From assembly GCF_009914755.1 (NCBI RefSeq), contig NC_060925.1: DNA of 64,000 nucleotides. One strand, written 5' to 3'. Made by a program: the position numbers and the translations under genes. The first letter of the stretch is position 1. The number at the start of each line of letters is the position of its first letter. The stretch is from the human T2T-CHM13v2.0 reference genome, Homo sapiens. The notes under the pieces are model-generated. The model was not told the origin of the DNA. It searched no databases and worked only from the letters and a program-made list of their open reading frames with translations. Shown here piece by piece: positions 43,539 to 57,860 of the stretch.

Positions 43539-46500
43539 ATGGAATCGTCATCGAATGAATTGAATGCAATCATCGAATGGTCTCGAATGGAACCATCTTC
43601 TAATGGAAAGGAATGGAATCATCGCATAGAATCGAATGGAATTATCATCGAATGGAATCGAATGGTATCAACACCAAACGGAAAAAAACGGAATTATCGA
43701 ATGGAATCGAAGAGAATCTTCGAACGGACCCGAATGGAATCATCTAATGGAATGGAATGGAATAATCCATGGACTCGAATGCAATCATCATCGAATGGAA
43801 TCGAATGGAATCATCGAATGGACTCGAATGGAATAATCATTGAACGGAATCGAATGGAATCATCATCGGATGGAAACGAATGGAATCATCATCGAATGGA
43901 AATGAAAGGAGTCATCATCTAATGGAATTGCATGGAATCATCATAAAATGGAATCGAATGGAATCAACATCAAATGGAATCAAATGGAATCATTGAACGG
44001 AATTGAATGGAATCGTCATCGAATGAATTGAATGCAATCATCGAATGGTCTCGAATGGAATCATCTTCAAATGGAATGGAATGGAATCATCGCATAGAAT
44101 CGAATGAAATTATCATCGAATGGAATCGAATGGAATCAACATCAAACGGAAAAAAACGGAATTATCGAATGGAATCGAAGAGAATCATCGAATGGACCCG
44201 AATGGAATCATCTAATGGAATGGAATGGAATAATCCATGGACTCGAATGCAATCATCATCGAATGGAATCGAATGGAATCATCGAATGGACTCGAATGGA
44301 ATAATCATTGAACGGAATCGAATGGAATCATCATCGGATGGAAATGAAAGGAGTCATCATCTAATGGAATTGCATGGAATCATCATAAAATGGAATCGAA
44401 TGGAATCAACATCAAATGGAATCAAATGGAATCATTGAACGGAATTGAATGGAATCGTCATCGAATGAATTGAATGCAATCATCGAATGGTCTCGAATGG
44501 AATCATCTTCAAATGGAATGGAATGGAATCATCGCATAGAATCGAATGGAATTATCATCGAATGGAATCGAATGGAATCAACATCAAACGGAAAAAAACC
44601 GAATTATCGAATGGAATCGAAGAGAATCATCGAATGGACCCGAATGGAATCATCTAATGGAATGGAATGGAATAATCCATGGACTCGAATGCAATCATCA
44701 TCGAATGGAATCAAATGGAATCATCGAATGGACTCGAATGGAATAATCATTGAACGGAATCGAATGGAATCATCATTGGATGGAAATGAATGGAATCATC
44801 ATCGAATGGAATCGAATAGAATTATGGAATGAAATCCAGTGTGATCATCATCGAATGGACCCGAATGGAATCATCATCCAACGGATGCTAATGGAATCAA
44901 CATCGAATGAATCAAATGGAAACACCATCGAATTGAAACGAATGGAATTACCATGAAATTGAAATGGATGGACTCATCATCGAATGGATTCGAAAGGAAT
45001 CATCGAATAAAATTGATTGAAATCATCATCGAATGGAATCGAATGGTATCATTGAATGGAATCGAATGGAATCATCATCAGATGGAAATGAATGGAATCG
45101 TCATAGAATGGAATCGAATGGATTCATTGAATGGAATCAGATGGAATCATCGAATGGACTGGAATGGAATCATTGAATGGACTCGAAAGAGATCATGATT
45201 GAATGGAATTGAATGGAATCATCGAATGGTCTCGATTGGAATCATTATCAAATGGAATCGAATGGAATCACCGAATAGAATCGAATGGAACAATCATCGA
45301 ATGGACTCAAATGGAATTATCCTCCAATGGAATCGAATGGAATTATCGAATGCAATCGAATGGAATTATCGAATGCAATCGAATAGAATCATCGAATGGA
45401 CTCGAATGGAATCATCGAATGGAATTGAATGGAACAGTCAATGAACTCGAATGGAATCATCATTGAATGGAATCGAATGGAATCATCGAGTGGAATCGAA
45501 TGGAATTATGATCAAATGGAATCGAATGTAATCATCATCAAATGGAATCAAAAATAACCATCATCAATTGGTATTGAATGGAATTGTCATCAAATGGAAT
45601 TCAAAGGAAACATCATCAAATGGAACCGAATGGAATCCTCATTGAATGGAAATGAAAGGGGTCATCATCTAATGGAATCGCATGGAATCATCATCAAATG
45701 GAATCGAATGGAATCATCATGAAATGGAATCTAATAGAATCATTGAACAGAATTGAATGGAATCGTCATCGAATGAATTGAATGCAATCATCGAATGGTC
45801 TCGAATGGAACCATCTTCTAATGGAAAGGAATGGAATCATCGCATAGAATCGAATGGAATTATCATCGAATGGAATCGAATGGTATCAACACCAAACGGA
45901 AAAAAACGGAATTATCGAATGGAATCGAAGAGAATCTTCGAACGGACCCGAATGGAATCATCTAATGGAATGGAATGGAATAATCCATGGACTCGAATGC
46001 AATCATCATCGAATGGAATCGAATGGAATCATCGAATGGACTCGAATGAAATAATCATTGAACGGAATCGAATGGAATCATCATCGGATGGAAATGAAAG
46101 GAGTCATCATCTAATGGAATTGCATGGAATCATCATAAAATGGAATCGAATGGAATCAACATCAAATGGAATCAAATGGAATCATTGAACGGAATTGAAT
46201 GGAATCGTCATCGAATGAATTGAATGCAATCATCGAATGGTCTCGAATGGAATCATCTTCAAATGGAATGGAATGGAATCATCGCATAGAATCGAATGGA
46301 ATTATCATCGAATGGAATCGAATGGAATCAACATCAAACGGAAAAAAACGGAATTATCGAATGGAATCGAAGAGAATCATCGAATGGACCCGAATGGAAT
46401 CATCTAATGGAATGGAATGGAATAATCCATGGACTCGAATGCAATCATCATCGAATGGAATCGAATGGAATCATCCAATGGACTCGAATGGAATAATCAT

Positions 46501-49500
46501 TGAACGGAATCGAATGGAATCATCATCGGATGGAAATGAATGGAATCATCATCGAATGGAATCGAATAGAATTATGGAATGAAATCCAGTGTGATCATCA
46601 TCGAATGGACCCGAATGGAATCATCATCCAACGGATGCTAATGGAATCAACATCGAATGAATCAAATGGAAACACCATCGAATTGAAACGAATGGAATTA
46701 CCATGAAATTGAAATGGATGGACTCATCATCGAATGGATTCGAAAGGAATCATCGAATAAAATTGATTGAAATCATCATCGAATGGAATCGAATGGTATC
46801 ATTGAATGGAATCGAATGGAATCATCATCAGATGGAAATGAATGGAATCGTCATAGAATGGAATCGAATGGATTCATTGAATGGAATCAGATGGAATCAT
46901 CGAATGGACTGGAATGGAATCATTGAATGGACTCGAAAGAGATCATGATTGAATGGAATTGAATGGAATCATCGAATGGTCTCGATTGGAATCATTTTCA
47001 AATGGAATCGAATGGAATCACCGAATAGAATCGAATGGAACAATCATCGAATGGACTCAAATGGAATTATCCTCCAATGGAATCGAATGGAATTATCGAA
47101 TGCAATCGAATGGAATTATCGAATGCAATCGAATAGAATCATCGAATGGACTCGAATGGAATCATCGAATGGAATGGAATGGAACAGTCAATGAACTCGA
47201 ATGGAATCATCATTGAATGGAATCGAATGGAATCATCGAGTGGAATCGAATGGAATTATGATCAAATGGAATCGAATGTAATCATCATCAAATGGAATCA
47301 AAAATAACCATCATCAATTGGTATTGAATGGAATTGTCATCAAATGGAATTCAAAGGAAACATCATCAAATGGAACCGAATGGAATCCTCATTGAATGGA
47401 AATGAAAGGGGTCATCATCTAATGGAATCGCATGGAATCATCATCAAAAAGAATCGAATGGAATCATCATCAAATGGAATCTAATGGAATCATTGAACAG
47501 AATTGAATGGAATCGTCATCGAATGAATTGAATGCAATCATCGAATGGTCTCGAATGGAACCATCTTCTAATGGAAAGGAATGGAATCATCGCAAAGAAT
47601 CGAATGGAATTATCATCGAATGGAATCGAATGGTATCAACACCAAACGGAAAAAAACGGAATTATCGAATGGAATCGAAGAGAATCTTCGAACGGACCCG
47701 AATGGAATCATCTAATGGAATGGAATGGAATAATCCATGGACTCGAATGCAATCATCATCGAATGGAATCGAATGGAATCATCGAATGGACTCGAATGAA
47801 ATAATCATTGAACGGAATCGAATGGAATCATCATCGGATGGAAATGAAAGGAGTCATCATCTAATGGAATTGCATGGAATCATCATAAAATGGAATCGAA
47901 TGGAATCAACATCAAATGGAATCAAATGGAATCATTGAACGGAATTGAATGGAATCGTCATCGAATGAATTGAATGCAATCATCGAATGGTCTCGAATGG
48001 AATCACCTTCAAATGGAATGGAATGGAATCATCGCATAGAATCGAATGGAATTATCATCGAATGGAATCGAATGGAATCAACATCAAACGGAAAAAAACG
48101 GAATTATCGAATGGAATCGAAGAGAATCATCGAATGGACCCGAATGGAATCATCTAATGGAATGGAATGGAATAATCCATGGACTCGAATGCAATCATCA
48201 TCGAATGGAATCGAATGGAATCATCCAATGGACTCGAATGGAATAATCATTGAACGGAATCGAATGGAATCATCATCGGATGGAAATGAATGGAATCATC
48301 ATCGAATGGAATCGAATAGAATTATGGAATGAAATCCAGTGTGATCATCATCGAATGGACCCGAATGGAATCATCATCCAACGGATGCTAATGGAATCAA
48401 CATCGAATGAATCAAATGGAAACACCATCGAATTGAAACGAATGGAATTACCATGAAATTGAAATGGATGGACTCATCATCGAATGGATTTGAAAGGAAT
48501 CATCGAATAAAATTGATTGAAATCATCATCGAATGGAATCGAATGGTATCATTGAATGGAATCGAATGGAATCATCATCAGATGGAAATGAATGGAATCG
48601 TCATAGAATGGAATCGAATGGATTCATTGAATGGAATCAGATGGAATCATCGAATGGACTGGAATGGAATCATTGAATGGACTCGAAAGAGATCATGATT
48701 GAATGGAATTGAATGGAATCATCGAATGGTCTCGATTGGAATCATTATCAAATGGAATCGAATGGAATCACCGAATAGAATCGAATGGAACAATCATCGA
48801 ATGGACTCAAATGGAATTATCCTCCAATGGAATCGAATGGAATTATCGAATGCAATCGAATGGAATTATCGAATGCAAACGAATAGAATCATCGAATGGA
48901 CTCGAATGGAATCATCGAATGGAATGGAATGGAACAGTCAATGAACTCGAATGGAATCATCATTGAATGGAATCGAATGGAATCATCGAGTGGAATCGAA
49001 TGGAATTATGATCAAATGGAATCGAATGTAATCATCATCAAATGGAATCAAAAATAACCATCATCAATTGGTATTGAATGGAATTGTCATCAAATGGAAT
49101 TCAAAGGAAACATCATCAAATGGAACCGAATGGAATCCTCATTGAATGGAAATGAAAGGGGTCATCATCTAATGGAATCGCATGGAATCATCATCAAATG
49201 GAATCGAATGGAATCATCATGAAATGGAATCTAATGGAATCATTGAACAGAATTGAATGGAATCGTCATCGAATGAATTGAATGCAATCATCGAATGGTC
49301 TCGAATGGAACCATCTTCTAATGGAAAGGAATGGAATCATCGCATAGAATCGAATGGAATTATCATCGAATGGAATCGAATGGTATCAACACCAAACGGA
49401 AAAAAACGGAATTATCGAATGGAATCGAAGAGAATCTTCGAACGGACCCGAATGGAATCATCTAATGGAATGGAATGGAATAATCCATGGACTCGAATGC

Positions 49501-52500
49501 AATCATCATCGAATGGAATCGAATGGAATCATCGAATGGACTCGAATGGAATAATCATTGAACGGAATCGAATGGAATCATCATCGGATGGAAATGAAAG
49601 GAGTCATCATCTAATGGAATTGCATGGAATCATCATAAAATGGAATCGAATGGAATCAACATCAAATGGAATCAAATGGAATCATTGAACGGAATTGAAT
49701 GGAATCGTCATCGAATGAATTGAATGCAATCATCGAATGGTCTCGAATGGAATCATCTTCAAATGGAATGGAATGGAATCATCGCATAGAATCGAATGGA
49801 ATTATCATCGAATGGAATCGAATGGAATCAACATCAAACGGAAAAAAACGGAATTATCGAATGGAATCGAAGAGAATCATCGAATGGACCCGAATGGAAT
49901 CATCTAATGGAATGGAATGGAATAATCCATGGACTCGAATGCAATCATCATCGAATGGAATCAAATGGAATCATCGAATGGACTCGAATGGAATAATCAT
50001 TGAACGGAATCGAATGGAATCATCATCGGATGGAAATGAATGGAATCATCATCGAATGGAATCGAATAGAATTATGGAATGAAATCCAGTGTGATCATCA
50101 TCGAATGGACCCGAATGGAATCATCATCCAACGGATGCTAATGGAATCAACATCGAATGAATCAAATGGAAACACCATCGAATTGAAACGAATGGAATTA
50201 CCATGAAATTGAAATGGATGGACTCATCATCGAATGGATTCGAAAGGAATCATCGAATAAAATTGATTGAAATCATCATCGAATGGAATCGAATGGTATC
50301 ATTGAATGGAATCGAATGGAATCATCATCAGATGGAAATGAATGGAATCGTCATAGAATGGAATCGAATGGATTCATTGAATGGAATCAGATGGAATCAT
50401 CGAATGGACTGGAATGGAATCATTGAATGGACTCGAAAGAGATCATGATTGAATGGAATTGAATGGAATCATCGAATGGTCTCGATTGGAATCATTATCA
50501 AATGGAATCGAATGGAATCACCGAATAGAATCGAATGGAACAATCATCGAATGGACTCAAATGGAATTATCCTCCAATGGAATCGAATGGAATTATCGAA
50601 TGCAATCGAATGGAATTATCGAATGCAATCGAATAGAATCATCGAATGGACTCGAATGGAATCATCGAATGGAATGGAATGGAACAGTCAATGAACTCGA
50701 ATGGAATCATCATTGAATGGAATCGAATGGAATCATCGAGTGGAATCGAATGGAATTATGATCAAATGGAATCGAATGTAATCATCATCAAATGGAATCA
50801 AAAATAACCATCATCAATTGGTATTGAATGGAATTGTCATCAAATGGAATTCAAAGGAAACATCATCAAATGGAACCGAATGGAATCCTCATTGAATGGA
50901 AATGAAAGGGGTCATCATCTAATGGAATCGCATGGAATCATCATCAAATGGAATCGAATGGAATCATCATCAAATGGAATCTAATGGAATCATTGAACAG
51001 AATTGAATGGAATCGTCATCGAATGAATTGAATGCAATCATCGAATGGTCTCGAATGGAACCATCTTCTAATGGAAAGGAATGGAATCATCGCATAGAAT
51101 CGAATGGAATTATCATCGAATGGAATCGAATGGTATCAACACCAAACGGAAAAAAACGGAATTATCGAATGGAATCGAAGAGAATCTTCGAACGGACCCG
51201 AATGGAATCATCTAATGGAATGGAATGGAATAATCCATGGACTCGAATGCAATGATCATCGAATGGAATCGAATGGAATCATCGAATGGACTCGAATGAA
51301 ATAATCATTGAACGGAATCGAATGGAATCATCATCGGATGGAAATGAAAGGAGTCATCATCTAATGGAATTGCATGGAATCATCATAAAATGGAATCGAA
51401 TGGAATCAACATCAAATGGAATCAAATGGAATCATTGAACGGAATTGAATGGAATCGTCATCGAATGAATTGAATGCAATCATCGAATGGTCTCGAATGG
51501 AATCATCTTCAAATGGAATGGAATGGAATCATCGCATAGAATCGAATGGAATTATCATCGAATGGAATCGAATGGAATCAACATCAAACGGAAAAAAACG
51601 GAATTATCGAATGGAATCGAAGAGAATCATCGAATGGACCCGAATGGAATCATCTAATGGAATGGAATGGAATAATCCATGGACTCGAATGCAATCATCA
51701 TCGAATGGAATCGAATGGAATCATCCAATGGACTCGAATGGAATAATCATTGAACGGAATCGAATGGAATCATCATCGGATGGAAATGAATGGAATCATC
51801 ATCGAATGGAATCGAATAGAATTATGGAATGAAATCCAGTGTGATCATCATCGAATGGACCCGAATGGAATCATCATCCAACGGATGCTAATGGAATCAA
51901 CATCGAATGAATCAAATGGAAACACCATCGAATTGAAACGAATGGAATTACCATGAAATTGAAATGGATGGACTCATCATCGAATGGATTTGAAAGGAAT
52001 CATCGAATAAAATTGATTGAAATCATCATCGAATGGAATCGAATGGTATCATTGAATGGAATCGAATGGAATCATCATCAGATGGAAATGAATGGAATCG
52101 TCATAGAATGGAATCGAATGGATTCATTGAATGGAATCAGATGGAATCATCGAATGGACTGGAATGGAATCATTGAATGGACTCGAAAGACATCATGATT
52201 GAATGGAATTGAATGGAATCATCGAATGGTCTCGATTGGAATCATTATCAAATGGAATCGAATGGAATCACCGAATAGAATCGAATGGAACAATCATCGA
52301 ATGGACTCAAATGGAATTATCCTCCAATGGAATCGAATGGAATTATCGAATGCAATCGAATGGAATTATCGAAAGCAAACGAATAGAATCATCGAATGGA
52401 CTCGAATGGAATCATCGAATGGAATGGAATGGAACAGTCAATGAACTCGAATGGAATCATCATTGAATGGAATCGAATGGAATCATCGAGTGGAATCGAA

Positions 52501-52756
52501 TGGAATTATGATCAAATGGAATCGAATGTAATCATCATCAAATGGAATCAAAAATAACCATCATCAATTGGTATTGAATGGAATTGTCATCAAATGGAAT
52601 TCAAAGGAAACATCATCAAATGGAACCGAATGGAATCCTCATTGAATGGAAATGAAAGGGGTCATCATCTAATGGAATCGCATGGAATCATCATCAAATG
52701 GAATCGAATGGAATCATCATGAAATGGAATCTAATGGAATCATTGAACAGAATTGA
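43539..52756 (+). repeat. One 2218 bp unit followed by four 1750 bp units
   Basis: Unit starts at 43539, 45757, 47507, 49257 and 51007; the next is at 52757. Confidence 0.92.
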
Positions 52757-53198
52757 ATGGAATCGTCATCGAATGAATTGAATGCAATCATCGAATGGTC
52801 TCGAATGGAACCATCTTCTAATGGAAAGGAATGGAATCATCGCATAGAATCGAATGGAATTATCATCGAATGGAATCGAATGGTATCAACACCAAACGGA
52901 AAAAAACGGAATTATCGAATGGAATCGAAGAGAATCTTCGAACGGACCCGAATGGAATCATCTAATGGAATGGAATGGAATAATCCATGGACTCGAATGC
53001 AATCATCATCGAATGGAATCGAATGGAATCATCGAATGGACTCGAATGGAATAATCATTGAACGGAATCGAATGGAATCATCATCGGATGGAAATGAAAG
53101 GAGTCATCATCTAATGGAATTGCATGGAATCATCATAAAATGGAATCGAATGGAATCAACATCAAATGGAATCAAATGGAATCATTGAACGGAATTGA

Positions 53199-54308
53199 AT
53201 GGAATCGTCATCGAATGAATTGAATGCAATCATCGAATGGTCTCGAATGGAATCATCTTCTAATGGAAAGGAATGGAATCATCGCATAGAATCGAATGGA
53301 ATTATCATCGAATGGAATCGAATGGTATCAACATCAAAGGGAAAAAAACGGAATTATGGAATGGAATCGAAGAGAATCGTCGAACGGACCCGAATGGAAT
53401 CATCTAATGGAATGGAATGGAATAATCCATGGACTCGAATGCAATCATCATCGAATGGAATCGAATGGAATCATCGAATGGACTCGAATGGAATAATAAT
53501 TGAACGGAATCGAATGGAATCATCTTCGGATGGAAACGAATGGAATCATCATCGAATGGAAATGATAGGAATCATCATCTAATGGAATTGCATGGAATCA
53601 TCATAAAATGGAATCGAATGGAATCATCATCAGATGGAAATGAATGGAATCGTCATAGAATGGAATCGAATGGATTCATTGAATGGAATCAGATGGAATC
53701 ATCCAATGGACTGGAATGGAATCATTTAATGGACTCGAAAGGGATAATTATTGAATGGAATTGAATGGAATCATCGAATGGTCTCGATTGGAATCATTAT
53801 CAAATGGAATCGAATGGAATCACCGAATAGAATCGAATGGAACAATCATCGAATGGACTCAAATGGAATTATCCTCAAATGGAATCGAATGGAATTATCG
53901 AATGCAATCGAATGGAATTATCGAATGCAATCGAATAGAATCATCGAATGGACTCGAATGGAATCATCGAATGGAATGGAATGGAACAGTCAATGAACTC
54001 GAATGGAATCATCATTTAATGGAATCGAATGGAATCATCGAGTGGAATCAAATGGAATTATGATCAAATGGAATCGAATGTAATCATCATCAAATGGAAT
54101 CAAAAATAAACATCATCAATTGGTATTGAATGGAATTGTCACCAAATGGAATTCAAAGGAAACATCATCAAATGGAACCGAATGGAATCCTCATTGAATG
54201 GAAATGAAAGGGGTCATCATCTAATGGAATCGCATGGAATCATCATCAAATGGAATCGAATGGAATCATCATCAAGTGGAATCTGATGGAATCATTGAAC
54301 AGAATTGA
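53199..54308 (+). repeat. Module D (1110 bp): diverged AC unit with a 666 bp internal deletion
   Basis: An A-type head and tail join directly to the CATCAGATGGAAATG segment of C at ~53607-53626. 1776-1110=666. Confidence 0.88.
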
Positions 54309-57300
54309 ATGGAATCGTCATCGAATGAATTGAATGCAATCATCGAATGGTCTCGAATGGAATCATCTTCTAATGGAAAGGAATGGAATCATCGCATAGA
54401 ATGGAATGGAATTATCATCGAATGGAATCGAATGGTATCTACAGCAAACGGAAAAAAACGGAATTTTCGAATGGAATCGAAGGGAATCTTCGAACGGACC
54501 CGAATGGAATCATCTAATGGAATGGAATGGAATAATCCATGGACTGGAAGGCAATCATCATCGAATGGAATCGAATGGAATCATCGAATGGACTCGAATG
54601 GAATAATCATTGAACGGAATCGAATGGAATCATCTTCGGATGGAAACGAATGGAATCATCATCGAATGGAAATGAAAGGAGTCATCATCTAATGGAATTG
54701 CATGGAATCATCATAAAATGGAATCGAATGGAATCAACATCAAATGGAATCAAATGGAATCATTGAACGGAATTGAATGGAATCGTCATCGAATGAATTG
54801 AATACAATCATCGAATGGTCTCGTATGGAATCATCTTCAAATGGAATGGAATGGAATCATCGCATAGAATCGAATGGAATTATCATCGAATGGAATCGAA
54901 TGGAATCAACATCAAACGGAAAAAAACGGAATTATCGAATGGAATCGAAGAGAATCATCGAATGGACCTGAATGGAATCATCTAATGGAATGGAATGGAA
55001 TAATCCATGGACTCGAATGCAATCATCATCGAATGGAATCGAATGGAATCATCGAATGGACTCGAATGGAATAATCATTGAACGGAATCGAATGGAATCA
55101 TCATCGGATGGAAATGAATGGAATCATCATCGAATGGAATCTAATAGAATTATGGAATGAAATCCAGTGTGATCATCATCGAATGGACCCGAATGGAATC
55201 ATCATCCAACGGAAGCTAATGGAATCAACATCGAATGAATCGAATGGAAACACCATCGAATTGAAACGAATGGAAGTATCATGAAATTGAAATGGATGGA
55301 CTCATCATCGAATGGATTCGAATGGAATCATCGAATAAAATTGATTGAAATCATCATCGAATGGAATCGAGTGGTATCATTGAATGGAATCGAATGGAAT
55401 CATCATCAGATGGAAATGAATGTAATCGTCATAGAATGGAATCGAATGGATTCATTGAATGGAATCAGATGGAATCATCGAATGGACTGGAATGGAATCA
55501 TTGAATGGACTCGAAAGGGATCATGATTGAATGGAATTGAATGGAATCATCGAATGGTCTCGATTGGAATCATTATCAAATGGAATCGAATGGAATCACC
55601 GAATAGAATCGAATGGAACAATCATCGAATGGACTCAAATGGAATTATCCTCAAATGGAATCGAATGGAATTATCGAATGCAATCGAATTGAATTATCGA
55701 ATGCAATCGAATAGAATCATCGAATGGACTCGAATGGAATCATCGAATGGAATGGAATGGAACAGTCAATGAACTCGAATGGAATCATCATTGAATGGAA
55801 TCGAATGGAATCATCGAGTGGAATCGAATGGAATTATGATCAAATGGAATCGAATGTAATCATCATCAAATGGAATCCAAAATAACCATCATCAATTGGT
55901 ATTGAATGGAATTGTCATCAAATGGAATTCAAAGGAATCATCATCAAATGGAACCGAATGGAATCCTCATTGAATGGAAATGAAAGGGGTCATCATCTAA
56001 TGGAATCGCATGGAATCATCATCAAATGGAATCGAATGGAATCATCATCAAATGGAATCTAATGGAATCATTGAAAATAATTGAATGGAATCGTCATCGA
56101 GTGAATTGAATGCAATCATCGAATGGTCTCGAATGGAATCATCATCTAATGGAAAGGAATGGAATCATCGCATAGAATCGAATGGAATTATCATCGAATG
56201 GAATCGAATGGTATCAACACCAAACGGAAAAAAACGGAATTATCGAATGGAATCGAAGAGAATCTTCGAACGGACCCGAATGGAATCATCTAATGGAATG
56301 GAATGGAATAATCCATGGACTGGAAGGCAATCATCATCGAATGGAATCGAATGGAATCATCGAATGGACTCGAATGGAATAATCATTGAACGGAATCCAA
56401 TGGAATCATCATCGGATGGAAACGAATGGAATCATCATCGAATGGAAATGAAAGGAGTCAACATCTAATGGAATTGCATGGAATCATCATAAAATGGAAT
56501 CGAATGGAATCAACATCAAATGGAATCAAATGTAATCATTGAACAGAATTGAATGGAATCGTCATCGAATGAATTGAATGCAATCATCGAATGGTCTCGA
56601 ATGGAATCATCTTCAAATGGAATGGAATGGAATCATCGCATAGAATCGAATGGAATTATCATCGAATGGAATCGAATGGAATCAACATCAAACGGAAAAA
56701 AACGGAATTATCGAATGGAATCGAAGAGAATCATCGAATGGACCCGAATGGAATCATCTAATGGAATGGAATGGGATAATCCATGGACACGAATGCAATC
56801 ATCATCGAATGGAATCGAATGGAATCATCGAATGGACTCGAATGGAATAATCATTGAACGGAATCGAATGGAATCATCATCGGATGGAAATGAATGGAAT
56901 CATCATCGAATGGAATCGAATAGAATTATGGAATGAAATCCAGTGTGATCATCATCGAATGGACCCGAATGGAATCATCATCCAACGGATGCTAATGGAA
57001 TCAACATCGAATGAATCAAATGGAAACACCATCGAATTGAAACGAATGGAATTACCATGAAATTGAAATGGATGGACTCATCATCGAATGGATTTGAAAG
57101 GAATCATCGAATAAAATTGATTGAAATCATCATCGAATGGAATCGAATGGTATCATTGAATGGAATCGAATGGAATCATCATCAGATGGAAATGAATGGA
57201 ATCGTCATAGAATGGAATCGAATGGATTCATTGAATGGAATCAGATGGAATCATCGAATGGACTGGAATGGAATCATTGAATGGACTCGAAAGAGATCAT

Positions 57301-57860
57301 GATTGAATGGAATTGAATGGAATCATCGAATGGTCTCGATTGGAATCATTATCAAATGGAATCGAATGGAATCACCGAATAGAATCGAATGGAACAATCA
57401 TCGAATGGACTCAAATGGAATTATCCTCCAATGGAATCGAATGGAATTATAGAATGCAATCGAATGGAATTATCGAATGCAAACGAATAGAATCATCGAA
57501 TGGACTCGAATGGAATCATCGAATGGAATGGAATGGAACAGTCAATGAACTCGAATGGAATCATCATTGAATGGAATCGAATGGAATCATCGAGTGGAAT
57601 CGAATGGAATTATGATCAAATGGAATCGAATGTAATCATCATCAAATGGAATCAAAAATAACCATCATCAATTGGTATTGAATGGAATTGTCATCAAATG
57701 GAATTCAAAGGAAACATCATCAAATGGAACCGAATGGAATCCTCATTGAATGGAAATGAAAGGGGTCATCATCTAATGGAATCGCATGGAATCATCATCA
57801 AATGGAATCGAATGGAATCATCATGAAATGGAATCTAATGGAATCATTGAACAGAATTGA
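54309..57860 (+). repeat. Two 1776 bp AC units, diverged type as far as ~56.8-57.0 kb
   Basis: Starts at 54309 and 56085. Many private variants (GGACTGGAAGGC, GGAAGCTAATGG, ATCCTCAAATGG, AAAGGAATCATC). Confidence 0.88.
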
